Source: Callorhinchus milii (Eukaryota). Taken from it: DNA of 64,000 nt. The translations under genes and the position numbers were made by a program. Each line of letters starts with the position of its first letter. The stretch's first letter is position 1. Location: positions 96,784,001 to 96,848,000 of the forward strand of contig NW_024704743.1 of NCBI RefSeq assembly GCF_018977255.1, read 5' to 3'. The notes under the pieces are model-generated. The model was not told where the DNA came from. It saw only the letters and a program-made list of their open reading frames with translations, and ran no database searches. Below, one piece after another: positions 33,393-45,900 of the stretch.

Positions 33393-36300
33393 CTGCAAGA
33401 CACAAAGTACAATTGATTAGGGTCTCCCCGCCACAAGGTCGCAAAATGAAGTCATACTGTTTGAAAATGGGCATTCACTGAGTCAAGAAATATCATTGTT
33501 TCTGTAGCTGCTTTGTTCATACAGTGTATGTTGACTATTAAACCCACTCAAGTGGCCCTGTCTCACAGCTCTGTCGCAATTAGCAGCTTGTATCTCTAAG
33601 GAGAAAACAACTTTGTGGAACTGAGTCATTTAAAATTGTGTTTAAGAACCTTTGTTTTTCCACAGGTTTAGTATGAGCAATATCTCCTTACCGTATCAGC
33701 TGTGAGCTACTCACTGAGCTGCACGTTGAGCTCAACAAAAGAAGCTTTTACCAAGAACTCTACTGAATCCTGTTGCTAAGAGTCGAAACAACCATGACGT
33801 TTGACTACACATAAATATACTCAAGATCACTCAGCATGTCAACAAATACCGTAGTAGTTTCTTGCGTTAAAATAACTGCAGCAAATAACTAAATTTAATG
33901 CACTTAAGGAGTTCCCAGTTATTTTCAGACGCACACACTTTTTATAAGCTTAGATCCGTTTTAGTTCTTCTGTATTCCTGTAAAACGACACTGCTGTGCA
34001 TCGTGGTGTTCATGCTATATGTTCAACAGACTGTTCTGCAAATTTGGTTTCAATTTGCGGTCGCTTTTTTTACAGAACTATGGCAGGCTATCAGAAGCCA
34101 CATTGAGACGCATTGAAACCGAAAGAATGTACCCGGGACTTGTCCCAAGGACCCAATTGAATTTCGACGTGGCAACTCGCCATAGAATGGAATGGACAGT
34201 AATTAAAATACTGTCTTGATTTAAAACCGCAAAGTTAAAGTTGCAGTTTAATCTCTTGGAACTCTGGACTGTAAATTATAACCAATTGCAATCCAATATA
34301 TCAACATGCACTTGTGCATTCAACAAAAATACTGCTTATTTTTTTACTACATTATCAGCGCCCTATTCTGGTGGGTAACTTTACAGACTGAATTTCTTAT
34401 GTGTCGCATCTTTATTCATATTTCCAAAACACGTAAAGTCGAGGGGCTGCTTGTATACATTAAATAGGAAACCATACCTCTAAACAATGGCTGGTTGTGC
34501 CCATAACAGAAAACTGAATACAGTACAATCCTTCCCAACATAGATAATCCGCCCAGTGATCAATAAAACACTTTATTTGCATATTAGTAGTGCACACACG
34601 TGCTTTAAACCATCTACATTAAAAATTCAACTAGGGTTTTAAAAGTGCCCGAAATCCCAAGTAGTAAACAGACAAGTAATAGTTTCAGTTATAAGGGCTG
34701 AAGATATTTCGCTCACATTGGATTTCAAACTAAAGGTCAGAATAAGAACAAATATTCGCAAATCATTTGGAAAGACTACAAATGCCTTCAGTGTACATTA
34801 AACAGCCCGAATTCCTATAGAAATCGCTGCAACGTCATTTTACGAGTCTGAATTATCAAGTAATCTCATGTAAACTGCGTGGGGGATGATCTAGTGTTTT
34901 TTTCGGTGTGCAATAATCAAAGCATTTTGGGCTTGCAGTTACATTGGGCAAATGAGGAGAAATCCTTTTCGGATAGGATGAAAAAATGAAACCGTCACTA
35001 TCCAAACTGATTTTGGAAATTAGTTTATTCGTATTTAGAATCATTGAATATCGCCCCCCACGAGAATGTGAAGTCAGTCTTTCTTGTTTCAAGTACAGCA
35101 TAATTACCACCGATTCGTTGTGAGAAACGTGACCCCTATCCAGTGATTACTGAGTATAGACAGGAGAATCACACGCAGAAACAGTTGTGTATAATGCTGC
35201 GAGGCTTTAAAATCTAAGCAGCATAATCGGCTTCTTTCAACTTTGTGTTATTTAAAATTATTTATTTCAAATCAATAATCTGAGAAGATATGCCTTTTTG
35301 AATTCAATAAAGATCATTAAGTAATTCTGCCAACCAAGACACCGAACCCAGCTGATAGAGGTATTCGTTATAAAGGCACTTATAATACATTTTATTACAA
35401 AGGCACTTACAATAAATTGTAAAATTAAATAAGTAATAAATAATTATTAATAGCGCACGTGCGTGTCTTATTAGAGAACTGCCTGCAATCACTCTTTTCC
35501 AGAAAAGAAAAAAATGCAACAAATGTACCACACAGGCAAAATTTTGCCATTGTTATCAGATTTGAAGCACGAACTATTCTGAGCTCATGGCTCTTCTCTG
35601 AATGTCTTTAAATGTGTACAACTGAACTGGGAGTTGCTTTAACCTCTTTGCTCACCAGCCCCGCCTGTTCACGCATGAGCTATCATATCTAATTGTGAAT
35701 GTGCAATTGTTTAACATTCAAAGGACCTGTCACAGAGAAACGGTGTAATAATGTACTTTTGTGATATTAAATTGTATTAAAGGGCTTGTGGGTAAGAGCA
35801 AGCGGATAGGATTCACATAGACATCTCTATCGGGGGAGCGAGCACCAGCTCAGACACTGCAGGCCGAGGCGGCTTCTGTAATGCTATGTCTATGGTGACC
35901 CAGACACCGATTGCTTACCCTGTGAGATCTGAAGATCAGTATTGTTGTAAACATAAATCTATGTAATTTAAAATCTACTTCGAAAGTCCAAATACATATG
36001 ACTACATGTCATAAGTACACCTGAAGCAACTCTGCAGCGATCAACCTTTCTCTTTCCCCCCTACCCCCCACCCCCGCCCTTAAGGTTTAAGGAAGCCTTG
36101 AGCATCCATCCCTTAATGGACTTTTGCTTTAATGAACGGCTTGTGCCGGGTGACGTGCTGAGCAAATTCAGGGCAGACCGTGAGTGTGCATACATCACCC
36201 AGAGAGACATGCCAAGCTGTCCAGTCCCGGCTCACGCTTTCACTCCATCAGGTATGTCACGCAGCGGAAATAAAATCAAACTGTTTTTTTTTAAAAAATC

Positions 36301-39300
36301 ACCAAAATGCCTTCCTGGACGAAAAGGACGACAAAAAAGACAAGCGTGAGCAGTCATTTGCGGCAGGCAGGCAGGCAAACAGGCAGGCAGGCAGGCAAAC
36401 AGGCAGGCAAGCAAACAGGCAGGCAGACAGGCAAGCAGGCAGGCGTGGGATCCCTCTGAACACAGTCGGTAAGGTTTTACAGCAGGAAAAGTTGTGATAG
36501 GATGGATCATTCACACATCGTGCATTAAATGTGATTGTTTTGTAAAAGTCTGCTCCTCTCTCTGTGGTGTATTTTAAGATATGAAGACTCACCATGAACA
36601 ATAAGGTCTGGTTGTGGCTTTCAGGAAGAGAAGCCCACCTGGCTCCTGAAACCTCACACACACAGACACACAGACACACCCCAGAGTAAGGGACTTTGTC
36701 ATCAACTTAAACCAGACTTGTTTCAAACTGTCTGGAACTCAGGAAAATACTCGGATGAGAAAAGATGGTCTTATATGGTATGAAATCTTTCGTGTCGCTA
36801 TTGGGAGACACAATCATTTAAAAACATTCATTTGAGAGTAACATGTTGGGATAAATTAGCTCTTAAGCAACCAAACATATCAATAAACATGTTCAGGTGA
36901 AATTTGAGAAAATTGAGAGAAAGTTTCTGTACTTGCGAAAGATTACTGAATGGATTGCATTAACGTAGGTTTAACACTAAAAAAATGTTCAGACTTTAAG
37001 TGGAGCTGACACAAGTGTGTTTCTTAAAATATATATATCTCCTTTCTGGAAGAGAATGCCGTTTCAAAAATGATTTAAAAATATATATAACACGTCATGA
37101 TTCCCACAACATATGCAGACAACTCATTAGATGTTTGCGAAATTATTTTTTTCATGGACCCCACGGAAAATATGGCGACCTGAACCAGACTTTTCTTTAT
37201 GGAATTAAAGCGTGACGACTCGCTCAGAGCCTGCGACAAGTCTGCAGCCACTTCAGACTTCAGCTCAGTTCGGATCAGTGGGTGTTTTGCACGGTGCGTG
37301 CTTCTGGGTTTAATCCTGGTGTGGGCAGGCTAACAAAATGACTCGTATCAAAGGTGCCATATTGCCATTTTATTGCAGATTTACTCCTGTATTTGCTGCC
37401 AACCTCTCCACCCGCCCATTACTGCCTTTAATCCCATCGACAAACTTCTAATAGGATGACAAAGCGGCGGAGACAAGTGCTCCATATTCCAGTCTACTGC
37501 TCTATCGCGATCTTATCTGCCCGCCTTTTGTCAGGGCTGAAAAACACCGAATTAAAATCCCAAATAAGTCTGCTCAAACATAAATGTCCAAAGTCAGACT
37601 CGCGGAAATACCAGTAGAGTTAATTTGCCAAGACTTAACAGTAAGATTTACTCTCCAATCATGGTCAACTGCCTAAAGCTCATTTGATCTGTTCAGTCCA
37701 GCAAAAATAATACTGATGGTAAAATGCTCTAACATTCAGAATTGCCCGGATTTTCCCTCTCTAAATGTATCTTTCCTACCTGCACATCATGCTGTATTTA
37801 TGTCCCATGTCGGTTTAGTTTGGAGGAACACACTTGTGTGCAATGATATAACAGTCCTGATTTTTTTTCTAACGAGATTGGCCCGGGTCGCCTAATGCAT
37901 TACTGTATATCCAGTACGGAAGTAGACTAATTTAAACCAGAAATCAATTTACACTGTGCCAACATCGATTCTCGTCTCATGCTCTGAGAAACGAATGGTG
38001 TTCATGAACATTTTTTGCAAGTCAATAAATTTAGTGAAACATTATTTTAACAAAAAAAACATTGAGCGCGCAGAAACACGGTTCGATTTGTTTTAAAATC
38101 AAGGAACTAATTACATGTGTTTTTTTTCGGCTTGTACTATCGTGTTACTAATTTATACCGGATCATCGGAATTTACTTCATGAAGATTACTGTTGCAAAC
38201 TCGGGACAGTGAATTCTTCCAAACGGATGAAATCCGGACAAATGGATGCAGTTAAAATGATACGTGCTGCTGTCAAGCTAAACACAGCACCGAAAGGAGA
38301 ACCTTTTATTTTCTTTAAAAGAAATGAAAAGCTCGTTTACAAGCCTTTCGTCGGCATTATATTTCTTCCGTTAACAAAATGCATAAGACTGTAGCTTTTC
38401 TACAAAACACACGAACAACATCCATTTAAACCATGTGCATTAAGGATCTTTCTTACCTTGGCTCAACGTTTCTGCTTAATTCTAGGACGCGTTCCTCTGC
38501 TTATCCTATTAATGGTTTTGATATCCTTTTTCCCTTCACTTTCCCTGAACACGGTATAATATTAAACTTAGATTGGAACCTTCTGTTAGGGCAGTCACTT
38601 TTAAACGTCTGTTCCACATTAGTGTTTTTATATGGGTCTCAAACAAATCGAATACAAGGTCACCAAATAATTAACAGTTTCCAATTCCCTCTTCATCCAT
38701 TAAAATACTTCCCTGCTTATATTTCATTTCCCTTTCGTCTTAAAGTAAGTAAAGGCAACATCCTCTGCGTTCAGTTATCCCCAGTCCTGTGTAGTTGATA
38801 ACAAGGAGAGATTAGCTCCTACTCTCAACATACTGCATGGCAAGTTATGAAAAAAAATCCTATTTTATCCACTGTTTTATTTGCCAGTCCCCCGCATGTA
38901 ATATGTAGCATACCTCACTCATTGTGCTTGTCACGCTGCGAACGAAAATAACTCTGCAAATAAATTTTAAATCCCATTGACAGTTTAAAAAAAAAGTTTT
39001 TTCTTCCAAAGAGGTGGATATGATTACCTAAGCAAAATCGTTGCACTTTCTTCGAGAATAAAGCATACTTTAAATACTTTGCATAATACATCCTAACAAG
39101 CATACTCTGTGGAGCGAGTCTATTTAATTCTTGTAACAAAGAAGCCGGTGGGAGTTTATGAAGGGTCCCAGCAAGTAAATAAAGCTTTTGTTTGAAACAT
39201 TATTTCCTCCCACCCTCGCCCTCGCCCCCCTCTCCGTTTTAGGTGCGGTTTGAATCTTAGTAGATCAGTCGCATTTTCTTTAATTCTTTTCCCTAATTGT

Positions 39301-42126
39301 CATGTTTTACTTTGCGAGCTCTAATGCTAGAGGTCCCGAGGCCAGCGCGCACCATCTGCGTTTTAATGAGTTACTTCATGTGCCAAAAGTAATTTTGCTA
39401 CATTCAACTAGTTCTTGTCTGATCTTGCGACCGTAACGAACGATGAAATTCACATACTTTCCTAGCCTTGTTTTGTACTGTCTGGGTTAAAAAAAAATGC
39501 ACCCGAGTCCATTAACAGACTTTGTAAAGGATCCAGCTGATGAAGGGCATCGTTTGGTCAGAACAAAGCGCTGAGTTAAACACTGCTCAGAGTGCGGTTT
39601 TATTTTAGCGAGAGGGCCATCTCGGGAAAAAAAAACTGCTCGGTTCTTGGGAGCAGGAGAATTCACATCCAGCAATTAATGCCTCGCAAAGTAGCTATCG
39701 CGGAGGGTGGTGCGCAGTAAAAGAAATAAGCACTTCAGAGGAACGGAAGTTCTGTTAGTTTTTGGTGGTGTGCCATTGGCTGGTCCGGTTCATTATGGGA
39801 GAACAGACAATATTTGATATGTTGTGACATGAACACTCAATTAGATCATTGAGTTCAAATACTCAAATCACTGTCTTTATGCTAAGCAACCCTCAGAAGG
39901 TCCAGCGCAGGGTCACAGCTGTGACACATCAAATCACATCATTGGGGAGACTGGGCTTCTCCTACTCCAGCCACTGCTTCACTTCACAGAACAGGCCTGA
40001 GTCGAAAACCTGTCGCCGAGTAGGACCTGAGTGCTGCAGCGAGATCCTTCATTGCACCTCCACTTCATGGACAGTGCTTAAGGTGGTAACTGTGTTGGAT
40101 GCAGCAGAACATTATCCGATCTCACTAATTAACCCTTTTTTTTGTCAATCCATACATTTCAATAAGCTATGTTACACTTCCATTCGCCCCCCCCCCCCCA
40201 CCAAACCAAATATAATAAAGATGTTGGGTCAGGACTCTGCCTTGCTGTGCGGTACTTTAACAATATTTCTTCTGTTGGCCCATTGATCCATGTGATTTAC
40301 AAACGTCAGTCAGTGGTGAGATGCCCAGTTAGTTTAGCAAATAACGTCGTCGCCGCTCTGCTAAATGCACCACAAGATCAGCCCAAAGCAAAAACATTCC
40401 GGCGTTCGGCTGATTTATTTATTGTTTTATTTTTAATTCAGACGGTGTGTTCGAAAACAAACTCAACAACTCTAATAAAACTAACTTTCTTAAATGCCCT
40501 CTTCCTCCCCCCCCCCTCCACCCCCCCATCCCGCCTCAAATAACGTATTCGTGAAGTTTTCCACTCGAGGTTTAAAACTAACGCTATCGAGCTCCAGAAC
40601 ATGAATAAGTGTTTTAATTCATGCAGCATTTCATACCAGATCGCTTACCGTTACTTGCGTTACTGTGCTCTTTTTGTCTTGGTTTGGGGGCAGATCAGGT
40701 AAACTCACCACACAGGTAACTAACTAACTGGCTTCAGTTAAGCGGAGAAGCGACAAGATGCCAATGGAACTGCAGGCAAACCCGCACCTCGAATCGCTCG
40801 GGCCATGTGTGTGTGTGTGTGTGTGCTTCAAGGCGGGACTCGAAAAAGATCAACGTGAAATAAATTAAGGTGATTTACATCATTCCTTTTCAACAGCTAA
40901 TCAATCCCGCTGATTTAGATGAAATCTGTGAGTTTATATGCGGTTTGTTGCCGTTTAGCGCTGCAAAAACAGACAGACTGTTGCATAACAGGTTCTATTT
41001 TACGGATAAGAGGACAAGCGAACAATTTACAACCGTCATTAAGACCTAACATCAATTAGTGTGTTATTAGTCACAAGTAAATGTCAATTTGCGCCTAAAA
41101 ACATTTCTTGACTGAAGTAGATGTGATGGGAATATATATTTTTTGACATATTCGAACAATGTGCGGTTGACTATAAACCGATTACAACAGCACTCGCTAT
41201 TCATAAGCTCATCATTAAATCTCTCCAGTAATAACTACATTTAGTAAATATTGCCTTTAATAACACTGATCTCCTTTAAATCTTAATACCTGCTTGATCG
41301 TTTCCTTTAGTAATTTTTGGTAACTTGCTGTGTGCTCTCCCTTTCATTGCATAAAATAAGCAAAGCTTTCAGTGTGAAGTCAAGAAAGCTCTTTAATATC
41401 AAAGTGAGCTTTGCAGACCCGCAGCATGAAAAGACCAGATTTCAACCCAAATAATGTTTTTTAAATGTTTTGCCTGAACAGTTTCATAATCTGGTTATTA
41501 ATATTGGAAAAGTATTACAACTGGTACAATGCGTGTGGGGATAGCAGGTAATAGCGACAAGAGAACTAACTGATAAGGGTCCAGTAAATGTTTATGTTCA
41601 ATTCCTTTAGGGCTCTGCTTGTCTTAAGGTTGCCTTAAAGCAAATATTCCCCCTTTTTAAGGATGCGACAAGTTGGCGCCCTGTTAAATTTCCATCATAG
41701 ATAGAAAAAGGGAAGACTATGGGGGAATCAGATGTGTTTGAAAGGGTGCAATATGCATCAAATAACCTCTATTATTCCTGAACTATTGCTTAGAACTCCA
41801 TTGCTTTCATACATTTATATTTACAGACTAAAAGCAGATCCACTGGGGGCTGTGACGTTTCCTGATCAGCCAAGAAAAAGACTCGCCGCCTGATGTTTAC
41901 AAGGTAGCAACACGTTACAAGAACAAATTGCCTAAGGAAGGAATGTTTGTCCTTTGGGCTCATTTAAAAGAAAAAGGACATATTTTCGATCTGAAATTGC
42001 ATTAAGCAAAAGGACGGGGGGGGGGGGGGGGGGGGGGACGGGACGGGGGGGTGGGTTGGGGGGGTGATACGCGAAGCAATATTAAAACCGTAACAACACA
42101 AGGAAGGGATTCTGCCGGGGACCAAC
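33393..42126 (-). other. GDF6: GDF6 intron (GT-AG, 8734 bp)
   Basis: GT donor; branch-point-like CTAAT (+ strand ATTAG at 33416-33420); pyrimidine-rich tract tactttgtgtcttgcag; reading frame is preserved across the junction. Confidence 0.93.
36362..36445. repeat. Imperfect (GGCA)n microsatellite, intronic
   Basis: ggcaggcaggcaggcaaacaggca... Confidence 0.9.
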
Positions 42127-42900
42127 CTTCTGCTCTGTCCACGAAACTTGTGATCGTGTTGGCAGACTTTGTTGCGCTGAACAGACTGGCGTTTAGTCCA
42201 AGTTTCTCGGCTGCAGAGTAAGTCCTGTATATTGACATCATGTACTCGTGTGGGGTCACGGCGGCGACTCGCCGGTGCCTACCGGGCCGCGGAGAGGACT
42301 CCTTAATCCGGATCTGGCGGTGCGCTCTGCCATCAGTGTGCAGCCCGAGTCCGGCGTTGGCTGTCCCGGCGCCGGCGTTAGCCCGAGAAGCAGCCGCAGG
42401 AGGAGTGAGCGCTGCCGCCTGGACGCACTGTAAATCCCACCAGCAGCAGCAGCAGCAGGTGACTGAGCAGAGGAAGAGAGTGGCGGCTCGGAACGGATCC
42501 ATCCCGAATGAGTCCCGAATGGAATTTAAACCGCGCCGCTCGGGCACGTATGGCTTAAGCGAAAACGCAGCGCTGATTGAAACCTGTCCCCCCGGCACCC
42601 ACTGCCCCTGACGCCGCGCACCGCCGTGCCCGCCCACTCACGCACACCAAACGCACGCCCTGCTCATTGGCCGAGGGCCGGGGCCAGGACACACACTGGC
42701 CCCGTCCGCCTGCGGGGGAGTGAGGTGCTCAGGACGGGGGCTCACTCCCCAAAGAGGAAGCCATCAGGATCGCCCCGATGTGCAGCCCAATCCGCGTCGG
42801 CTTCATTGGCCACCGAGCGCTCCAGCACTGAGCCAAGTCCACTTCCAATTGGTGCAGTTGGGGGGAGGGCAGAGGCGAGTTGAGGGTAATTCAAGGGCAG
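42100..42900 (-). promoter_or_regulatory. CpG island and GDF6 proximal promoter with clustered CCAAT boxes
   Basis: Visibly GC- and CpG-rich. ATTGG at 42666-42670 and 42805-42809, CCAAT at 42787-42791, palindromic CCAATTGG at 42845-42852. TSS cannot be placed. Confidence 0.75.
42127..42502 (-). CDS. GDF6: GDF6 coding exon 1 (signal peptide and N-terminal prodomain)
   Basis: ATG at 42502 gives [32 protein letters not shown]...[42 protein letters not shown]. This matches the GDF6 prodomain motifs PHEYMLSIYRTYS and [13 protein letters not shown]. Donor GAAG|GTTGGT at 42127/42126; 376 nt, phase 1. Confidence 0.95.
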
Positions 42901-45900
42901 TGAGTGTGGTCGAGGGGTTGTGCGATGAGTGTACAGAGTCCACACTTATTCACGAACCGTACGTATGTATGTATCGAAGTATTTTATACGTTGAGTCGAA
43001 ATAAAAGTACTTGCCAGTTGTTTGGTTCACAAGGAGCTACGATAAAGCCGGCGATGAAAAAGCTGGAAGCGTTTTTATATTAGCAATTCACGCAAAGGTC
43101 TTATATATATATACCTTATATCATATATATGTAGACAAAATTGATCAATTGCGCATTGGGTAAATAACACAAATTAAGCTGAAGATAGATTAGACTGGAA
43201 ACATGGTACCCTCCCTGTGCACTTATAGGTGGTGTTTGTGTGTGTGTGTGTGTGTTTCCACAAAAGTGCTAGTTTTTTCCCCACCTAAAACAATTATGCT
43301 ATAATATGTTGTTTTAAGTGTTACATTTAAGCGCGCTATCACAATGCGGTGTCTATAATTTGGAGGCGAATACCAAAACGTGTTCTTGGTTTGTTGCCCG
43401 GGTCAGCGCCAGAAATCACACTGAATATGAACACCAACACGTGTAACTACAAATTCTTGGAAATATAACTTGACTGCGGTTTCTAATAGTGGGAATGACT
43501 TGTTGCAAAAGGAACGCAGTTGGCAGTCAGAATTTTTTTTTAAAAAAAAGTGTTGTCTGTTCTTTTCAAAATTGTAGGTGTTTCCCGGAGTATAATTGAA
43601 CTTTCATCATTCATATGCATCACATTGTTGAACTAAATAATGTGTCATAAGAGTAATCGGCAAGGCAGCGTTATTTGCTGCTGTAAGCAGGTTTGCACAC
43701 ATGGATTATTCACTTTGATTAAGAGAATTATTCGTTCTCTTTTTCTTATCCTGTGTACTCCAGTACCCGAATAATACAGTTTAATTACGCGTGTGATGGT
43801 AAGAGTTGACAGTGTCTAAGATTAAGCGATTCCTCCATCTGGTGGTTGTATTAAGCAGCAGTATAGCAGGCAATGTGTAACTATTGCAGTTAAAATTGGA
43901 AGACGTTTGCCCGATGGTGCACACAACTGAACCTCCAGAAATAATGCAAACAAGGTTTATGTTATTAATGTGCAAATTTGTTACCACACCTATTTTGTTT
44001 GTGATACCGGGACAGTTAGTCATAGTAGGATCGCAAATACTTATAACTTAATTCTTGGACAATATTCTGCCTTGATCTTGCAGTAATGAAATGGGTTGGA
44101 TATGCATGATGCCGCTTAACAAACCCAGCAAACAGTAAGTTGTTAAACAGAGAGCTGGGGCTAAGTGGTTGAAAATGCGGTCTATCTGAGAAGTTAAATA
44201 ATTGTCCATTCTCTAGCGTGTTCCCCTTGTGAAATGAAATACACCAATGCCTAAACCGCAGCCTCCCTTTGCTGTTATTCAATTCGGATAGTCTTATGGA
44301 ATACCCTCCAATAGATTTTATTCATATTTTTATTTGAAACCAAATGGCTGAATTTTCATTTGGGGGAAATGAACCGCTTGTCAACCTTTCCAAAATACCT
44401 TTTAAATACAATAGTTGGAAATAATATTTTACTTATGTAATGGATGAAATGCACATGTTACGATGCAAATGAACGAAAGATGCATTTATTCAATGAGAAA
44501 CGCTAACTATTATCTGCAAGAAAGCGATGACGAATGTTCTCACGATCCACCCAAGGGAGAAGTCTGGATACCATTCACTGTCGACGTCCTCAGATTAAAA
44601 AAAACGGCACCAAACCTATCACGTTTTTTTTTTGGAACATAATAATTCAGTATAAATGAGAGCTGAACAGTATCTCTTTCTTGTCGGAGTTATGCTTTCA
44701 TTTCATGTTTCCAAACCAAATCGAACGACTGAACTTCAATTCACCAGAATAGGTTGTATTGGCTCAGTAAGTATATCATATATAAGTATAACTCAAGTGT
44801 TTCAGCTGCACTGCTGTTTATCCATTTTTTGTGGCAATACAAATCTTAAAATAAATAATAATAAAATAGTTTATTATTTGTTGTCAGACAAGCTTTCCAA
44901 TTCTGAAATATTGTTCTGTAAATTGTAGCACAATAGTTTAGTTGGATAGTCTATCAAATAGATGAACAATGAACATTTCTGGCTGCGTTATTTCTATACT
45001 ATTTAGCGACACACCGAACAGCTCCAACTCCAATGGAAATATTACGGAAATCGAGCCCATGGTATTTCTATCTTCACAGAAGATATTTGAACGTTGATGA
45101 TTGTGTCTCCATCGTGACAATAAATAAATCCGACCTTCGAAAGCAGATTCTTCCCGAAATGGGACAGTGGTGGTCACTAGTGTTGCTACATCTTTACTGT
45201 AAAAGTATGTGGGACCTCAAAAGAATATGGAGGAGTTACTCGTAAGCCATATGTTGGCTTTATGCGTTGCATCTTTGCAGTTAGACTTTTGAAACGTCCC
45301 TGGTGGTCTGCTCACAACCTTTAACATTGACTTCCACGTTTAGCAATGGCAGTCAGCTGATCTGAGTCCTGCATAATATCTAAGTATCTGCATAGACGTG
45401 TAGCATTCCTGACTTTATAAATGCAAGTTGTTGTTTTTGTTATGCCTTACTATGTCAGTTTTGTAAATATTCAGAGTATAACTATGTCCACTCACATTGC
45501 TTGAAACATTGCACCTATATTAAAGCATTCATGTCCTGTATAACGAATGGTATTTCATAAAGCTTCAGTATACTGTACACACTGGTATAATATAGCACAA
45601 TGCCTTCTCTGGGTAATGTAAAGCGGCAGCTTGGAGTTTTTGTAACAATAACAATCCTTGCATTTGATATAGACTGCTTGTACTGGGTTGAGTGCCAGTA
45701 ATGTGCAGTGGAGCTCTGTACAAGGACACGTATATGTAGGTTTTCACCCACAAAATATACAGTCCACTTTGCAATATTCTGTGAAGCGCTTTGAGACGTC
45801 TCAACGATGTGATAAGGTGCTACATCAAATGCACGGATTATTTTTCATTGTTATATGCACTATGCTTATGAACTGACATCTCATTCCCCGTTAGTTTTAA

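Noticed and set aside
33393..33474. In-frame ATG extension of exon 2 (MPIFKQYDF...) in the ORF track
   Set aside because: Intronic: it spans the branch point and acceptor, and GDF6 similarity begins only at DDLLH.
36098..36679. Overlapping intronic ORFs
   Set aside because: Largely produced by the stop-free (GGCA)n repeat.
42002..42126. Exon 1 reading frame continuing into the intron (Pro-rich tail)
   Set aside because: It translates the poly-C run; a canonical donor at the expected position explains the gene structure.
42503..42637. GTG-initiated upstream extension of GDF6
   Set aside because: Open frames are common in GC-rich 5' regions, and the ATG at 42502 gives an ortholog-like signal peptide.
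42240..43004. Antisense and overlapping ORFs in the CpG island
   Set aside because: Expected from stop-codon scarcity in GC-rich DNA; no recognisable domains.
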